Part shown: positions 47,932 to 57,949 of the stretch, piece by piece
How the letters are laid out: every line of letters begins with the position of its first letter
Position numbering within the stretch: position 1 is the stretch's first letter
Source of the DNA: a virus
Taxonomy: Duplodnaviria > Heunggongvirae > Uroviricota > Caudoviricetes
IMG/VR virus record: IMGVR_UViG_3300033489_000001
Span: 62,023 to 126,022 of that record
Length of the DNA: 64,000 nt
Reading direction: 5' to 3' (one strand)
The notes under the pieces: generated by a model
Databases searched by the model: none
What the model was told of the DNA's origin: nothing
The model's input: the letters and a program-made list of their open reading frames with translations, nothing else
Translations under genes and position numbers: made by a program

Positions 47932-49256
47932 GTTGCCTCCGAGGCACGAAGATCGTGGTAAAGTTTACTCCAAATACGTTCAATGGCGGCCACATGCTTA
48001 GGACTTCCATCAGAGCCGTACTTATGGGCTAACTCATGAATCGTATTTTCAAGTGACCTATCCCAATCGGATAGATCCTCTCTTTTCAAAAGAAGCCGCG
48101 ATTCTTTGAACATACCCAACAGCTCAGGCGAGCGGAAAGCAACCACGTCTACTTCGGCAAGGGTTATAGGTTCCGCTGTATTTACGAGAGCGATAATTTC
48201 TTCCAGATTAACTCGTTCCACTTCCGTTAGGTCATCCCAAGCATAATGAGTTAGAACTTCATCAGCAAGCTTGGCTTTTACTTGGTCAATGGTCCCCAAA
48301 ACAGCTTGAAGAATGGTCCCCAAGGGTTTGCTGACCAGGACACCCTTTTTACCTAAGTGCGCTATGTCTTTGGACTCCGCTAAGGTTTCCACGGGAACAG
48401 CGTGCTCCCCGTGTTGAGCCTTAAACTGAGCCACCGTTTCGGTTTTAACTTTTTCCGGAAGTAGGGAGGCATTGTAGGCGCTGAGGTTGGCTACATCCCC
48501 GGTATTTTCTTGCACCATCCCCAAATATTTAGTGATGAGATCTTCACGCCGAACAAGAGCTTCTCTCCAAATAACCTGCGTCCGCCAGTCAAAGTCATAA
48601 CGGTTGACCATCTTACGATCGCGATCAACCTCTACGTCCTTAGTAAAATCGTACCCCACTTTGATATTAGGGTTGTTTTCAACAAAGATCCCTTTTACGA
48701 AAACCTTCCCCGAGTAGCTCTCCCCTAGAAGCAAAGCCCCGTAATCCGTATCAACTCGGTCAGCAACCTTTGTCTCATTAAGGAATAAGAAGCAGGTCCG
48801 CATCAGCTCCCATTCCTCTCTAGTGATGCTAGAAATTTCGATTTGAATGCGATTTTTGGGCTGACGGCCTTTTTCAATATAGAATACAAGCACATCGGCG
48901 TTAAACTTTTCAGATTTTTCAATTTTAGGAGTCCATACTTCGGCCCCGGAACGGATTTTCACGCTATAACCCGCTCGGACCAAAGCCAAACTTCCTATTT
49001 TCAATCCCTCCCCAAATTTGCCCCTCAGCTCCGCCTGGCCCTCTTTGGTTGTGTGCCCAAAAAGTAAAGCTTCATGGGACAATGCACAGCCGGTATTTTC
49101 GATAACCAGGACGTTGGACTCTGCCCGATGACGAACTTCCAGTGGAGCTTGAAATTGGATTTCACCATCTTTGCCGTTCTGAATAAGCTCTCTCGCACCT
49201 TCGAAACAACCCCAATGGGGTAAATATGTAACCTCTACGCTTAGTTCAATTCTCAT
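47928..49256 (-). CDS. GHKL (HATPase_c/MORC-like) ATPase with a C-terminal HExxH motif
   Basis: RELIQNGKD, NTG, GKFGEGLKIG; TIHELAH. Confidence 0.75.
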   Translation of the reverse strand: MRIELSVEVTYLPHWGCFEGARELIQNGKDGEIQFQAPLEVRHRAESNVLVIENTGCALSHEALLFGHTTKEGQAELRGKFGEGLKIGSLALVRAGYSVKIRSGAEVWTPKIEKSEKFNADVLVFYIEKGRQPKNRIQIEISSITREEWELMRTCFLFLNETKVADRVDTDYGALLLGESYSGKVFVKGIFVENNPNIKVGYDFTKDVEVDRDRKMVNRYDFDWRTQVIWREALVRREDLITKYLGMVQENTGDVANLSAYNASLLPEKVKTETVAQFKAQHGEHAVPVETLAESKDIAHLGKKGVLVSKPLGTILQAVLGTIDQVKAKLADEVLTHYAWDDLTEVERVNLEEIIALVNTAEPITLAEVDVVAFRSPELLGMFKESRLLLKREDLSDWDRSLENTIHELAHKYGSDGSPKHVAAIERIWSKLYHDLRASEAT

Positions 49257-49271
49257 ATTTTGATCCTTCCC

Positions 49272-49304
49272 TTATTACTACACCGAAGAGAAGGAAAATT
49301 CAAG
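49272..49304 (-). promoter_or_regulatory. Conserved phage promoter-like motif
   Basis: CTTGAA-N13-CGGTGTAGTAATAA. Confidence 0.7.
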
Positions 49305-49310
49305 TTTTTT

Positions 49311-49880
49311 CTAAAACTCCTCTTCCTGGAGGTGATCCCAGAGGCCGCGCTCTGCCCCTTCATCTTTAGAGTCCCATTTAACCCCTTGTAAAACATCCAG
49401 AACTTTACTTACTATATCCTCTGTTACCTTATAGATTTGGATGTCAAGTGTTCCGGCAAAGTTTTGATTAGAGCTAAGAACAACTCTTTCTGAGGGCACT
49501 CTCGGGGCTAGTCTCTTGATGGCATTCTCGGCTGATTGACTAAGTTGACGCTTTCGTAAAGCCTCTTGCCGTAATTTTTGTTCAATAGCGAAGCATTCAA
49601 GAATATGCTTAACAATGTGCCCGATCATGAACTGTCCGGTACGGGTCTCTCTATAGGTTTTAACTTTTGTGTTTTCTGTTTTTACGCAGAGAACATACTT
49701 CCCCGTTGGATTTTTCGATCTATCAAAAACCGAACGTACTTTAACGTTCGCTTGATCCAACCCAACCTTTAGAACCCAACCAGTCTCGGAGTGGTCCTGT
49801 GTAGAGGCGATGCATTTAATACGTCGCCCTATGGCGGTTAGAATCTCTTGTTTAACCGTTGTAATACGAAAAGGATCCAT
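49311..49880 (-). CDS. Hypothetical protein
   Basis: 189-aa ORF with CGGTGTA upstream. Confidence 0.65.
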   Translation of the reverse strand: MDPFRITTVKQEILTAIGRRIKCIASTQDHSETGWVLKVGLDQANVKVRSVFDRSKNPTGKYVLCVKTENTKVKTYRETRTGQFMIGHIVKHILECFAIEQKLRQEALRKRQLSQSAENAIKRLAPRVPSERVVLSSNQNFAGTLDIQIYKVTEDIVSKVLDVLQGVKWDSKDEGAERGLWDHLQEEEF

Positions 49881-49916
49881 AGATCTTTCTCATATTACAC
49901 CGAGATCTGACCCACC

Positions 49917-50693
49917 CTACTTGGTTTTCTTAGGGGTGCCTTCCACTACTACTTTCTTCCCTTTTAGTTTCTCGGCTTCTTCTTTGTTTTTCTTCTTTTG
50001 TTCCGCAATCTCTACCATTTTTCTTTGTCTTAAATCGGTCAACGCCTTATTTAGGGGGGTTCGGGAAGAAGTACTAATATTAGAAAGGTCAAGTTTACGT
50101 GCAGGTGCTTTTTCAAAAACATCTAAACGAGCGAGGATTTCTGCTACCTCTGCCCCATTATTAATTGCATCTTGTACCCGTTGTGGAACATCCTTACCCT
50201 CAGCAATAGCCCAACGAACCACATTCGCATGTGCTTTGATGCTAGTTTTTGCAGCCATAATGTTGATGAGTTGAGGAGGCAAATTCATAACACGAGGGAC
50301 TTCTCTATACCACTGTTCCAACATTCGTGTACCTAAGCCCTGATTCCTATAATTTTCGTGAACATAAATCAAACGATAATCACGAGTATAGTGCCCTGGA
50401 ATCAGATAGGTTCCAATGATCTTGCTTCCATTATAAACAATGATTCCCGTTCGACGATCCCCTGTGTGGGGTAGGCTCGGTATTTCCTTATGAATAAGGG
50501 CGACATCCGCTAACGAAGAACTATCTGAAACCCCCAACTGATAAGTATAGGGTGTTCCAATAAGGGAAAGCTTCGGCAGTTTGAATGGAACAGTGGGTAA
50601 TTGGATGCGGCTTCTATCCTGACTATTCACAGGGACAAGACAAGATAAAAGCTCTTTTGGGGTTAGATCCCAGTAATAAACAAGGTTAGACAT
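49917..50693 (-). CDS. GNAT-family acetyltransferase
   Basis: YVHENYRNQGLGTRML (acetyl-CoA motif A). Confidence 0.75.
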   Translation of the reverse strand: MSNLVYYWDLTPKELLSCLVPVNSQDRSRIQLPTVPFKLPKLSLIGTPYTYQLGVSDSSSLADVALIHKEIPSLPHTGDRRTGIIVYNGSKIIGTYLIPGHYTRDYRLIYVHENYRNQGLGTRMLEQWYREVPRVMNLPPQLINIMAAKTSIKAHANVVRWAIAEGKDVPQRVQDAINNGAEVAEILARLDVFEKAPARKLDLSNISTSSRTPLNKALTDLRQRKMVEIAEQKKKNKEEAEKLKGKKVVVEGTPKKTK

Positions 50694-50705
50694 GAATAGC
50701 TCCTA

Positions 50706-52187
50706 CTAAGGTGTCGCTGGAACTGGTGATAATAAGGCATAAGTTGTTTGTTGGATTTGTCCTTTTATAATCCAAGACCCATAGCCGTCAGATATTAGAT
50801 CAAAAGCATGACCAATCATTGACGTAGCGCCATAATCATCTAAATCAAAAAGTATTATAGCTCCAAGTTCTCCAGGAGCCATACCGATAATTGCATCCGT
50901 TCCTGCGGGCTGCACATATACTGCGGGAATTTCAGTTGCAGCCATTTTCCCAACTAAAAAACCATGGGAAACATATGTAATTGCTTTCCCGGCACTATCC
51001 TCAGTGATAGGTGGAAGAGTAAGGATGACGAGGCTATTTGTTCGCTGAAAATTATATGGGATAGTAGACCTAGCCATCACCATATCATCAAAGTCAACAT
51101 CAACTCTAACAGGACCGCTTTGTGCAAGATCAACAGCCTGAAATAGTAACCATTCCTGAGGATCTACTCCTACAACGCAAAGGCCGTAAAAAGGATAGTT
51201 TAAAAAGAATTGGTAGTCGGCATAAACACCACCATTGTCAACATAAAGGATAGTTCCCCCACTTAAAGCAATACCCATATCAACCGTATCTCGTAACCAA
51301 TCACCAGTACCAACTATATAAACGCCGTTATTTATAGGATCTGTTTGTCCCGCAGCTAAGATAAGATCACCGGGATTAAGAGAGTAGCCGTCTATTTCGG
51401 TAGTCGTGTCAGAGAGAGCTATATTTGTTACTGCTACTGCTGCCACATGAAGGAATGGATCAAAACTACCATAGTATACCGTAAGAACCCAATTTTGAGG
51501 ATCTACCCCAACATTTAAAGGAATACCTGTTGGATTCCAAAGAGCCCAACGCATTGCATATGAAGGTTCATCAGGATCAATCTCCATTTCAACGATGGCG
51601 TCTTGAATCTCAGCTCCCGTGTCAGCATCAGTAGCACGAGTCCAATCCCCAGAAGCAACGATGTAAATACCATTTGCTACTTGATCTTCATCGGCTTCAT
51701 CAGGTGGGCTATAGGCACAAGCACGAAGTACTCGATCCCCCGCCTCAACTTTCACCCCTTCCTTCTCTCCTTCACCTGATAATGTTGTCGTAGGATCTAT
51801 AAGGGTCTGAACAACATCAGCATGTGTCGGAACAGTACTTGTAGCATCAAACAAATTGCCTTCAACGCCACCATTCCAACGTACATTGATGGCACTCGGT
51901 TCTACGCCCCCCGTGATTTGCGTCTCTTCTCCGGCGTCATTCAACGCAAACAATTGAGAGGTGCTATCAACATCCTTAGCATAAACTTTAACAGCATTAG
52001 GTGCTAGAGCCGGAGTTGAACCTTGCTCGTTAAATAGAGCGGGGCCTCCCGCGTTAGTTGCAGGAGTTATGGCTCCGGTAGAATCCTTGAGAGAAGGGTT
52101 TCCCGATTGATCAACAAAAAAAGTAAGATGCGTTGACGGAGGAGTTGGTACTGCCCCACCTGGTTTTTTCTTCAATGCTATGGACAT
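50706..52187 (-). CDS. Tail fibre/tail-associated protein
   Basis: Two GDRVL/GDLIL...NGIY.V..GDW.R modules typical of phage fibre proteins. Confidence 0.7.
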   Translation of the reverse strand: MSIALKKKPGGAVPTPPSTHLTFFVDQSGNPSLKDSTGAITPATNAGGPALFNEQGSTPALAPNAVKVYAKDVDSTSQLFALNDAGEETQITGGVEPSAINVRWNGGVEGNLFDATSTVPTHADVVQTLIDPTTTLSGEGEKEGVKVEAGDRVLRACAYSPPDEADEDQVANGIYIVASGDWTRATDADTGAEIQDAIVEMEIDPDEPSYAMRWALWNPTGIPLNVGVDPQNWVLTVYYGSFDPFLHVAAVAVTNIALSDTTTEIDGYSLNPGDLILAAGQTDPINNGVYIVGTGDWLRDTVDMGIALSGGTILYVDNGGVYADYQFFLNYPFYGLCVVGVDPQEWLLFQAVDLAQSGPVRVDVDFDDMVMARSTIPYNFQRTNSLVILTLPPITEDSAGKAITYVSHGFLVGKMAATEIPAVYVQPAGTDAIIGMAPGELGAIILFDLDDYGATSMIGHAFDLISDGYGSWIIKGQIQQTTYALLSPVPATP

Positions 52188-52216
52188 TAGAAAGCCTCTC
52201 TAATTTAGAAACCTTT

Positions 52217-52771
52217 TTAGCCTACCTGCATCCAATTTGCCCCATCCGAACGAAGGACAATCCACTCATAATCCGTGCTAAGAGTGGCAACTAAAGCTCC
52301 ATCAATTGTTTGCGAACCTAAACCGTCTACCGTACATACATAAGTGGCCACTGAGACCAACTTAACCGTGATTTCTTTACAAGCATTTCCAACAGCCGTA
52401 GGCAAATTCACAAGAACAGCGCCAGCGGCAACATTTATACGGACAAAATCTCCAATAACCGCAGCATAAGTTGTAGGGCCTACTTGAATAGCAGTTTGAG
52501 TTCCAATACCAGAAGCTTGCCAAATAGCTGCTGTTGGAGACGTGGCCGTCAAAACATCTCCTGCAATGGGCGGGGCCGAAGCAGAAACATCAACAGGAGA
52601 CCCGGTAGTGGCCAACTCATCCGCTGTGCCAACGCCAGATGGACGAACGGTCCCACTACTGTCTTTAGTTTTTAGAATATCATCAGCACTATCAACAAAC
52701 AGACGTAACTGATCCGTTTGAGGGAGTTCGACGCTAACTGCACTTTGCTTCTTAAGTGTTATGGCACCCAT
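52217..52771 (-). CDS. Tail-associated structural protein
   Basis: N-terminus similar to that of 50706-52187; C-terminal LPTA..G..TIDG..WIVL module. Confidence 0.65.
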   Translation of the reverse strand: MGAITLKKQSAVSVELPQTDQLRLFVDSADDILKTKDSSGTVRPSGVGTADELATTGSPVDVSASAPPIAGDVLTATSPTAAIWQASGIGTQTAIQVGPTTYAAVIGDFVRINVAAGAVLVNLPTAVGNACKEITVKLVSVATYVCTVDGLGSQTIDGALVATLSTDYEWIVLRSDGANWMQVG

Positions 52772-52795
52772 GCTGTAATCTCCTCAAACAAATAG

Positions 52796-55102
52796 CTAAC
52801 CATGTTCCACAATCTTGCCGGTAATACGCCAAGAGATGCTTTCACCACTATCCCCGGTAACTTGAATATTAATATTTGGACCACTGCCAGGAACAGCAAA
52901 AGTTACCACCCAAGCTGTGGCCCCAAGATCTCGATAAGGCCCGTTCATAAAAGCGATATCTTTGACCACCACCGTATGAATTCCGCTACCTCTTCTACAG
53001 ATTGCTGCAATTACAAATGAAGCCGTATCCGTAGTAACGTTCGATTTCGCTTCCACTAAAAGATCAAAAGCAATAATGTGGTTATTTAGATTGGTAGCAT
53101 AAGAATAGATTGTGGTGGCTGTAGCTGTTGTCGTAGTAAGGACAGCATCAATTGTCACCTGATCCGTTATTGAGGCTAAAGCAGCCGCAATATCATACCC
53201 ATCGTAAGGAGTACCATCCACAATGTCCCCATCAACGACGAGGTTGCCATCGACCTGCATTGACGTGTTGTAGAACATCAGGTCATTTTCTTGAACAACC
53301 CTTGTTGAACGTTGTGGGATGAAATTTACTGAAAAGTTATCCGCAGTCCAAACAGGAGTGACAACCCCTTCTACATTCAAATCTCCCCCGTCTAAAACAA
53401 CGACGGAGTCACTATAAAGCATACTCTGCTGTTCAGGGATTGTTCTCTTTGTGGTGATTTCAGTTAAAGAGAAGTTCTCACTTTCGCTAACCGATTCAAA
53501 AATCAGAGGGGTAGTATTGAGAACAATTGGGGCTGGCGTAGCTAAAATAAACAGCTTCTCTTTATTTACAATTCCTTCAGGTCCTGTAGATATGATCATG
53601 CCAGGACTTATTTGACTCGAATCGTTGAAGTCCTTGTATCTATCTAAAATAAACGAAAGCCCTCCACTTCCAAGTTGAGTAATAACCCAAACTCCATTGT
53701 CAGCTCCCGATGCTCCGTTGAGTAAAAGAAAAACATCATTTAGAACAGGGGTTACGCCATCCTGGGAAGGAAGTGCCCCCAAACCGGTTGCCGTAATAGT
53801 GTTACCCGTACGGATATAAGCTGGGAGAGTTGTTATGGTTGCAAAACGAACCGTAATAACTCCACCCCCACCGCTGATAGCTTCAAACACTAAGGGAGTG
53901 GTATTGAGAACAATTGGGTCCGGGGTAGTTAAAATAAATAACTTTTTCCCATTTACGGGTCCCTCAGGTCCTGTGGGTATAACCATACCTGGATCAATTT
54001 GACTTGAATTACTAAAGTCCTCCCGGCGGTTTAAAATAAACGGAAGCCCCCCATCTCCTACTTGCGTGACAACCCAAATCCCGTTGTCAGCGTTAGATGC
54101 TCCGTTGAGTAAAAGAAAAGAATCATCAGGAGCCGGAGTTACACCATCTTGAGAGGGAAGCGCCCCAACAGCATTTGCTGTAATAGTATTACTAACGCGA
54201 GTGTAGGTAGGAAGGGTGGAAACGGTTGCAAACCGAACAGCATCTTTATGATCTTTAGAACCTTCGCTTCCAACAATTCCAAAAGTTAGAGGCGTAATAT
54301 TGAGAACAATTGGGTCTGGCGTAGCTAAAATGAATAACTTTTCTTTGTTTACAATACCTTCAGGCCCAGTAGGAACAACCATACCAGGGGTTACTTGACT
54401 TGAGGAACTGCAATCATCCCGGCGTTCTAAAATAAACGGAAGTATCCCACTTCCGAGTTGAGTGATAACCCAAATCCCGTTATCAACAGCAGATGCTCCA
54501 TTGAGTAATAAGAAGGAATCATTTAGAACAGGGGTTACGCCATCCTGGGAAGGAAGTACTCCAACAACAATTGCCGTAATAACGTTGCCAGTACGAGTGT
54601 ACGTTGGGAGAGCAGAAACGGTTGCAAAACGAACAGCATCCTTAAAATCTTGAGGGCCAGTATAAACCCCTTCAGTACGAATAATGGGATTCAGCTTTGC
54701 AGCCCAGCCATGCGTTGCATTTCCTTCAAATTTTTCGGTAACAAACCCAACCCGATACCCATAAGGAGTAAGAGAGTAAGTACCAAAAGTATTTTCAAGA
54801 GGTCCCCCGGTACCTGTAACCGTGCTCTTGAAACCTATGGCTCTTCCCGTCACACTTGGAAAGGGAAAAGTAACCGTAGCTCCAGGGCTTGTAACTTGAT
54901 GAGTAACCGGATTTACATTTGTGAGAGTAGGTGGGGACGATAATTCATCAGTCCCAATAACTTCTAAGAACCAGGTTACGACGCTGGAAGGGTCAAGAAG
55001 CTTAATGCTGATCGTATCGCCCGGAGATACGTTTACGCCCCCGACGGTGGGCATAAAAGGACCACTTCCGTCTTGAATTAAGCATATAGGGTTAAGAGCC
55101 AC
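52796..55102 (-). CDS. Tail fibre-like protein with three ~130-aa repeats
   Basis: VRFAT...LPSQDGVTP...DNGIWV...TPL repeated at aa 157, 289 and 418. Confidence 0.75.
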   Translation of the reverse strand: MALNPICLIQDGSGPFMPTVGGVNVSPGDTISIKLLDPSSVVTWFLEVIGTDELSSPPTLTNVNPVTHQVTSPGATVTFPFPSVTGRAIGFKSTVTGTGGPLENTFGTYSLTPYGYRVGFVTEKFEGNATHGWAAKLNPIIRTEGVYTGPQDFKDAVRFATVSALPTYTRTGNVITAIVVGVLPSQDGVTPVLNDSFLLLNGASAVDNGIWVITQLGSGILPFILERRDDCSSSSQVTPGMVVPTGPEGIVNKEKLFILATPDPIVLNITPLTFGIVGSEGSKDHKDAVRFATVSTLPTYTRVSNTITANAVGALPSQDGVTPAPDDSFLLLNGASNADNGIWVVTQVGDGGLPFILNRREDFSNSSQIDPGMVIPTGPEGPVNGKKLFILTTPDPIVLNTTPLVFEAISGGGGVITVRFATITTLPAYIRTGNTITATGLGALPSQDGVTPVLNDVFLLLNGASGADNGVWVITQLGSGGLSFILDRYKDFNDSSQISPGMIISTGPEGIVNKEKLFILATPAPIVLNTTPLIFESVSESENFSLTEITTKRTIPEQQSMLYSDSVVVLDGGDLNVEGVVTPVWTADNFSVNFIPQRSTRVVQENDLMFYNTSMQVDGNLVVDGDIVDGTPYDGYDIAAALASITDQVTIDAVLTTTTATATTIYSYATNLNNHIIAFDLLVEAKSNVTTDTASFVIAAICRRGSGIHTVVVKDIAFMNGPYRDLGATAWVVTFAVPGSGPNINIQVTGDSGESISWRITGKIVEHG
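53498..54634 (-). repeat. Three tandem ~390-bp coding repeats
   Basis: Periods of 132 and 129 aa. Confidence 0.9.
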
Positions 55103-55203
55103 AGTTCATAGCCTCACCCTATAAATAAATACAGAAAGAATAGCGATTTTTGACCTCAACCCCTACTCCCAAATGGAAAATCTTTCAATAACTCTCCCTG
55201 AGC

Positions 55204-55554
55204 ATGTCGCTTACCGACCAAGAACGATGGGATCGAAAGCAAAGGGCCTATATTCGTAGGAAAGCTCTACAAGAAAAAGCAATCAATTATCTTGGAGGGA
55301 AGTGTCAGATCTGCGGTTACGACAAATGCACCTCAGCGATGGATTTTCATCATCGAGATCCTAACGGAAAAGATTTTAACATCTCCACCGCACTAACTTC
55401 TTGGAAGCGTATCGAAAAAGAATTAGACAAGTGTGAATTGCTCTGCTCCCGCTGTCATCGGGAGGTTCACGACGGCGGGATGCATCCTGGTCATATCGAA
55501 TTAGACGGATCCTTAGCCACTCCCCTGCTTTGGGATGACCCTTGGGATGATTGA
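55204..55554 (+). CDS. HNH endonuclease
   Basis: GGKCQICG...DFHH...LCSRCHREVH. Confidence 0.85.
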   Translation: MSLTDQERWDRKQRAYIRRKALQEKAINYLGGKCQICGYDKCTSAMDFHHRDPNGKDFNISTALTSWKRIEKELDKCELLCSRCHREVHDGGMHPGHIELDGSLATPLLWDDPWDD

Positions 55555-55572
55555 CCAAATAAATTTTGTGCG

Positions 55573-55947
55573 TTAACGTAAGTAGGTGTAAGCTACCAAC
55601 GTGCGACGTGCTTTCAGATATGCCCTGAGTTGGTTCAATGATGAAGGCATAGGCATGTCCGGCGTCGGTTCTCCAGGCTCAATTTCAACAAGCTTACGAA
55701 ATCCCGCGTCCAATCTTGCAGGGGGTACTTGTACTACTGCCGGTTCTAACACCGTTTCAATCTCGGACAGAGCTACGTGGGCTCCCTTGACCCATTCTAA
55801 GGGTAACCAATCTAACTCCTCTACCTTGTCAAACCGGCCGATTGTAGCCCCGTCAGTGACCAGCCAATCCCCACGGTGGAGCTTAATACGATGTGCCCCC
55901 GCTGATAATAGAAGGTCTTTTAAAACGATATAATACCCTGAACGCAT
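55573..55947 (-). CDS. Hypothetical protein
   Basis: 124-aa ORF with GGAG upstream. Confidence 0.6.
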   Translation of the reverse strand: MRSGYYIVLKDLLLSAGAHRIKLHRGDWLVTDGATIGRFDKVEELDWLPLEWVKGAHVALSEIETVLEPAVVQVPPARLDAGFRKLVEIEPGEPTPDMPMPSSLNQLRAYLKARRTLVAYTYLR

Positions 55948-55982
55948 CTTCCGTCTCCCTTAGAAGAATAAATCAAAAGAAA

Positions 55983-56015
55983 CTTGAATTAAATCTCTCT
56001 CCGGTGTAGTAATAG
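55983..56015 (+). promoter_or_regulatory. Conserved phage promoter-like motif
   Basis: CTTGAA-N13-CGGTGTAGTAATAG, 2 nt before the ATG (leaderless-like). Confidence 0.7.
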
Positions 56016-56017
56016 AT

Positions 56018-56413
56018 ATGGACAAAATGGATCTAAGTGAACTTTTCAGAAGTGAAAACGAAGCACGTCAGATCGCCGATTCGAAAGTGGCTCCTGAACA
56101 AGTGGCTCTTAAACCCGGTGACTTCTGTGTGCGCGTGGCGCACGGGATAACCATTTACAGCGAGATATTAGACGCTGCAAATTTGCTTCTCAATGGGCGT
56201 CAAGTTAATGACCTCGATGAAGACGAACTAGAAGAATACCAGGATGTCCTAGATTCCTATAAAGAAGAAGCCCTAAAACACTATCGCTTTACGCGATCTT
56301 ACAGCTATTTGTGTCCTCAAGGGGAACTAGGGGACATTCATATATCCACGGTACACCGTATAATTACCAAAGAAGAATTCCTGGCGGCGCAATGCAAAGG
56401 TTGGGTTGCCTAA
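56018..56413 (+). CDS. Hypothetical acidic protein
   Basis: 131-aa ORF after the promoter motif. Confidence 0.7.
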   Translation: MDKMDLSELFRSENEARQIADSKVAPEQVALKPGDFCVRVAHGITIYSEILDAANLLLNGRQVNDLDEDELEEYQDVLDSYKEEALKHYRFTRSYSYLCPQGELGDIHISTVHRIITKEEFLAAQCKGWVA

Positions 56414-56471
56414 TACCTCAGAACAATAAAAAAAACTATAAAAGAGAAAGTCCTTTTACGAAAACAAGGGC

Positions 56472-56810
56472 ATGGTACAAAATCTATCAGAATATGCACC
56501 TACAAGGAAAGGTGTTGAAAGTCTTGTAAGAGGTTTAACACCTACTATCCTTCAGCTATGGAAAATGGAGAGGGAAAGCAAGGGAGATGACTTGGTAGCA
56601 GTTATTGATACACAAGCGAACCGGGTGTTTATGAAACCCAAAGAAGTTATTTGCACTCAACTCCGAAGGCACAAAAATAATGCCGATTTACTGGTCAGAC
56701 TTACAAAACCGGCTTCTTCAAGAGCTAATGGTGCAATAACAATTTGGTCTATTATTGGATTTACTACTGGACAAGTTTGCACTCTCCCTTTGGTGATAGC
56801 CCGCAGCTAA
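56472..56810 (+). CDS. Hypothetical protein
   Basis: 112-aa ORF. Confidence 0.55.
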   Translation: MVQNLSEYAPTRKGVESLVRGLTPTILQLWKMERESKGDDLVAVIDTQANRVFMKPKEVICTQLRRHKNNADLLVRLTKPASSRANGAITIWSIIGFTTGQVCTLPLVIARS

Positions 56811-57403
56811 TCTTCAGGTGCTTGTAGGCCCCAAGTCGCGCTTGGATGGCTTCGTATTATATCGAAGTATTCTTCGCGACCTTCTTTACAAAGAATAACC
56901 CATGGGGAAAGATCCACCAGTAGAGCGTGGTTGATCATAAGGATCCGCCCAACTTTCCCGTTATAAAGTTCATACGGGTGGATATTCTCGAACTCACAGT
57001 GGAGTGCCCAAATCTCAGCTGCCTTGAAATTCGGATCAGCTCCTTTTTTTGTTCGTAGGGAATCTATTGTCTCTTGAACTGAACGATTCCATTTCCATAA
57101 AAAGTAAGATACCCGCGTTACCTCTAAAATAGGATTTAGCCCTATTTGGATATCACGTTTACGAAGCTTTCCCGCCAAAGGGTGCTCACGTAGTAATAAC
57201 CTATGTATAGCATTAGGCAGTGCATAACGATACTCTGATGCCATCCGAATTGCGTAGATTACGGCTTCCCGGTGGCCATCATAAAGAAGTGTTCCGGGCT
57301 CACTTGATCCCGGTTGAGGATCGATTTTGTTAGATTCGGTTACAAACTTATGTACCCAATCCGTGGACAACTCCGCCTGATAGAGTAATTCCGATTCGTC
57401 CAT
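56807..57403 (-). CDS. Fic/Doc-domain protein with a non-canonical motif
   Basis: FENIHPYELYNGKVGRIL; IHRLL...GKLR upstream. Confidence 0.8.
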   Translation of the reverse strand: MDESELLYQAELSTDWVHKFVTESNKIDPQPGSSEPGTLLYDGHREAVIYAIRMASEYRYALPNAIHRLLLREHPLAGKLRKRDIQIGLNPILEVTRVSYFLWKWNRSVQETIDSLRTKKGADPNFKAAEIWALHCEFENIHPYELYNGKVGRILMINHALLVDLSPWVILCKEGREEYFDIIRSHPSATWGLQAPED

Positions 57404-57405
57404 TT

Positions 57406-57663
57406 TCAGTTTTGTCCAAGCCTTCTTGCGGCGTTGTGAAGGGACATTGCTGAAATACGTTTCACCTGCAAGGATTCGCCCTTAGAAATGCCTAAGGATT
57501 CTCTAAGAAGTTCTTTTAGTACGGTTTGCCAACGACGCCCACGAATTTTAGCCTCATCTTTAATGGCACCTTCTAAATCATAGGGAAGCCGGAGAGTAAC
57601 AATTCGGCTAAGCGGGCCGTGAGTTGTACTAGACTTACGTGTCTTTTTTCGTTTGTGTTTCAT
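57406..57663 (-). CDS. Ribbon-helix-helix (CopG/BrnA-like) protein
   Basis: IVTLRLPYDL..IKDEA...WQTVLKELL. Confidence 0.7.
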   Translation of the reverse strand: MKHKRKKTRKSSTTHGPLSRIVTLRLPYDLEGAIKDEAKIRGRRWQTVLKELLRESLGISKGESLQVKRISAMSLHNAARRLGQN

Positions 57664-57949
57664 CGGCTAATTTCGATTTTTTAACTATGCGTTTGGCTGT
57701 TTGCATGAGGCGTAAAATCTTAATTCTTTGAACCTCAGTAGGTCCCTGTATTTTATACGGTGTAGAAAGTACAGACCAACCATAGTATTTCGCTTCGCTT
57801 TTAATGCCCTCCTCAATCAACCATTGAAGATAAAGCTGATACTTGATACCATGATAAGCTGCTCCTAAACGAACCATTTCAAGTATATGAGGCTTAATCT
57901 TAAACCCAATTGAAACTTTGGGGACTTTTTTTTTCTTCCGAGGAACCAT
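57635..57949 (-). CDS. Second RHH (CopG/BrnA-like) protein
   Basis: VSIGFKIKPHILE.VRLGA...YQLYLQWLI; probable start MVPRK at 57949. Confidence 0.55.
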   Translation of the reverse strand: MVPRKKKKVPKVSIGFKIKPHILEMVRLGAAYHGIKYQLYLQWLIEEGIKSEAKYYGWSVLSTPYKIQGPTEVQRIKILRLMQTAKRIVKKSKLADETQTKKDT

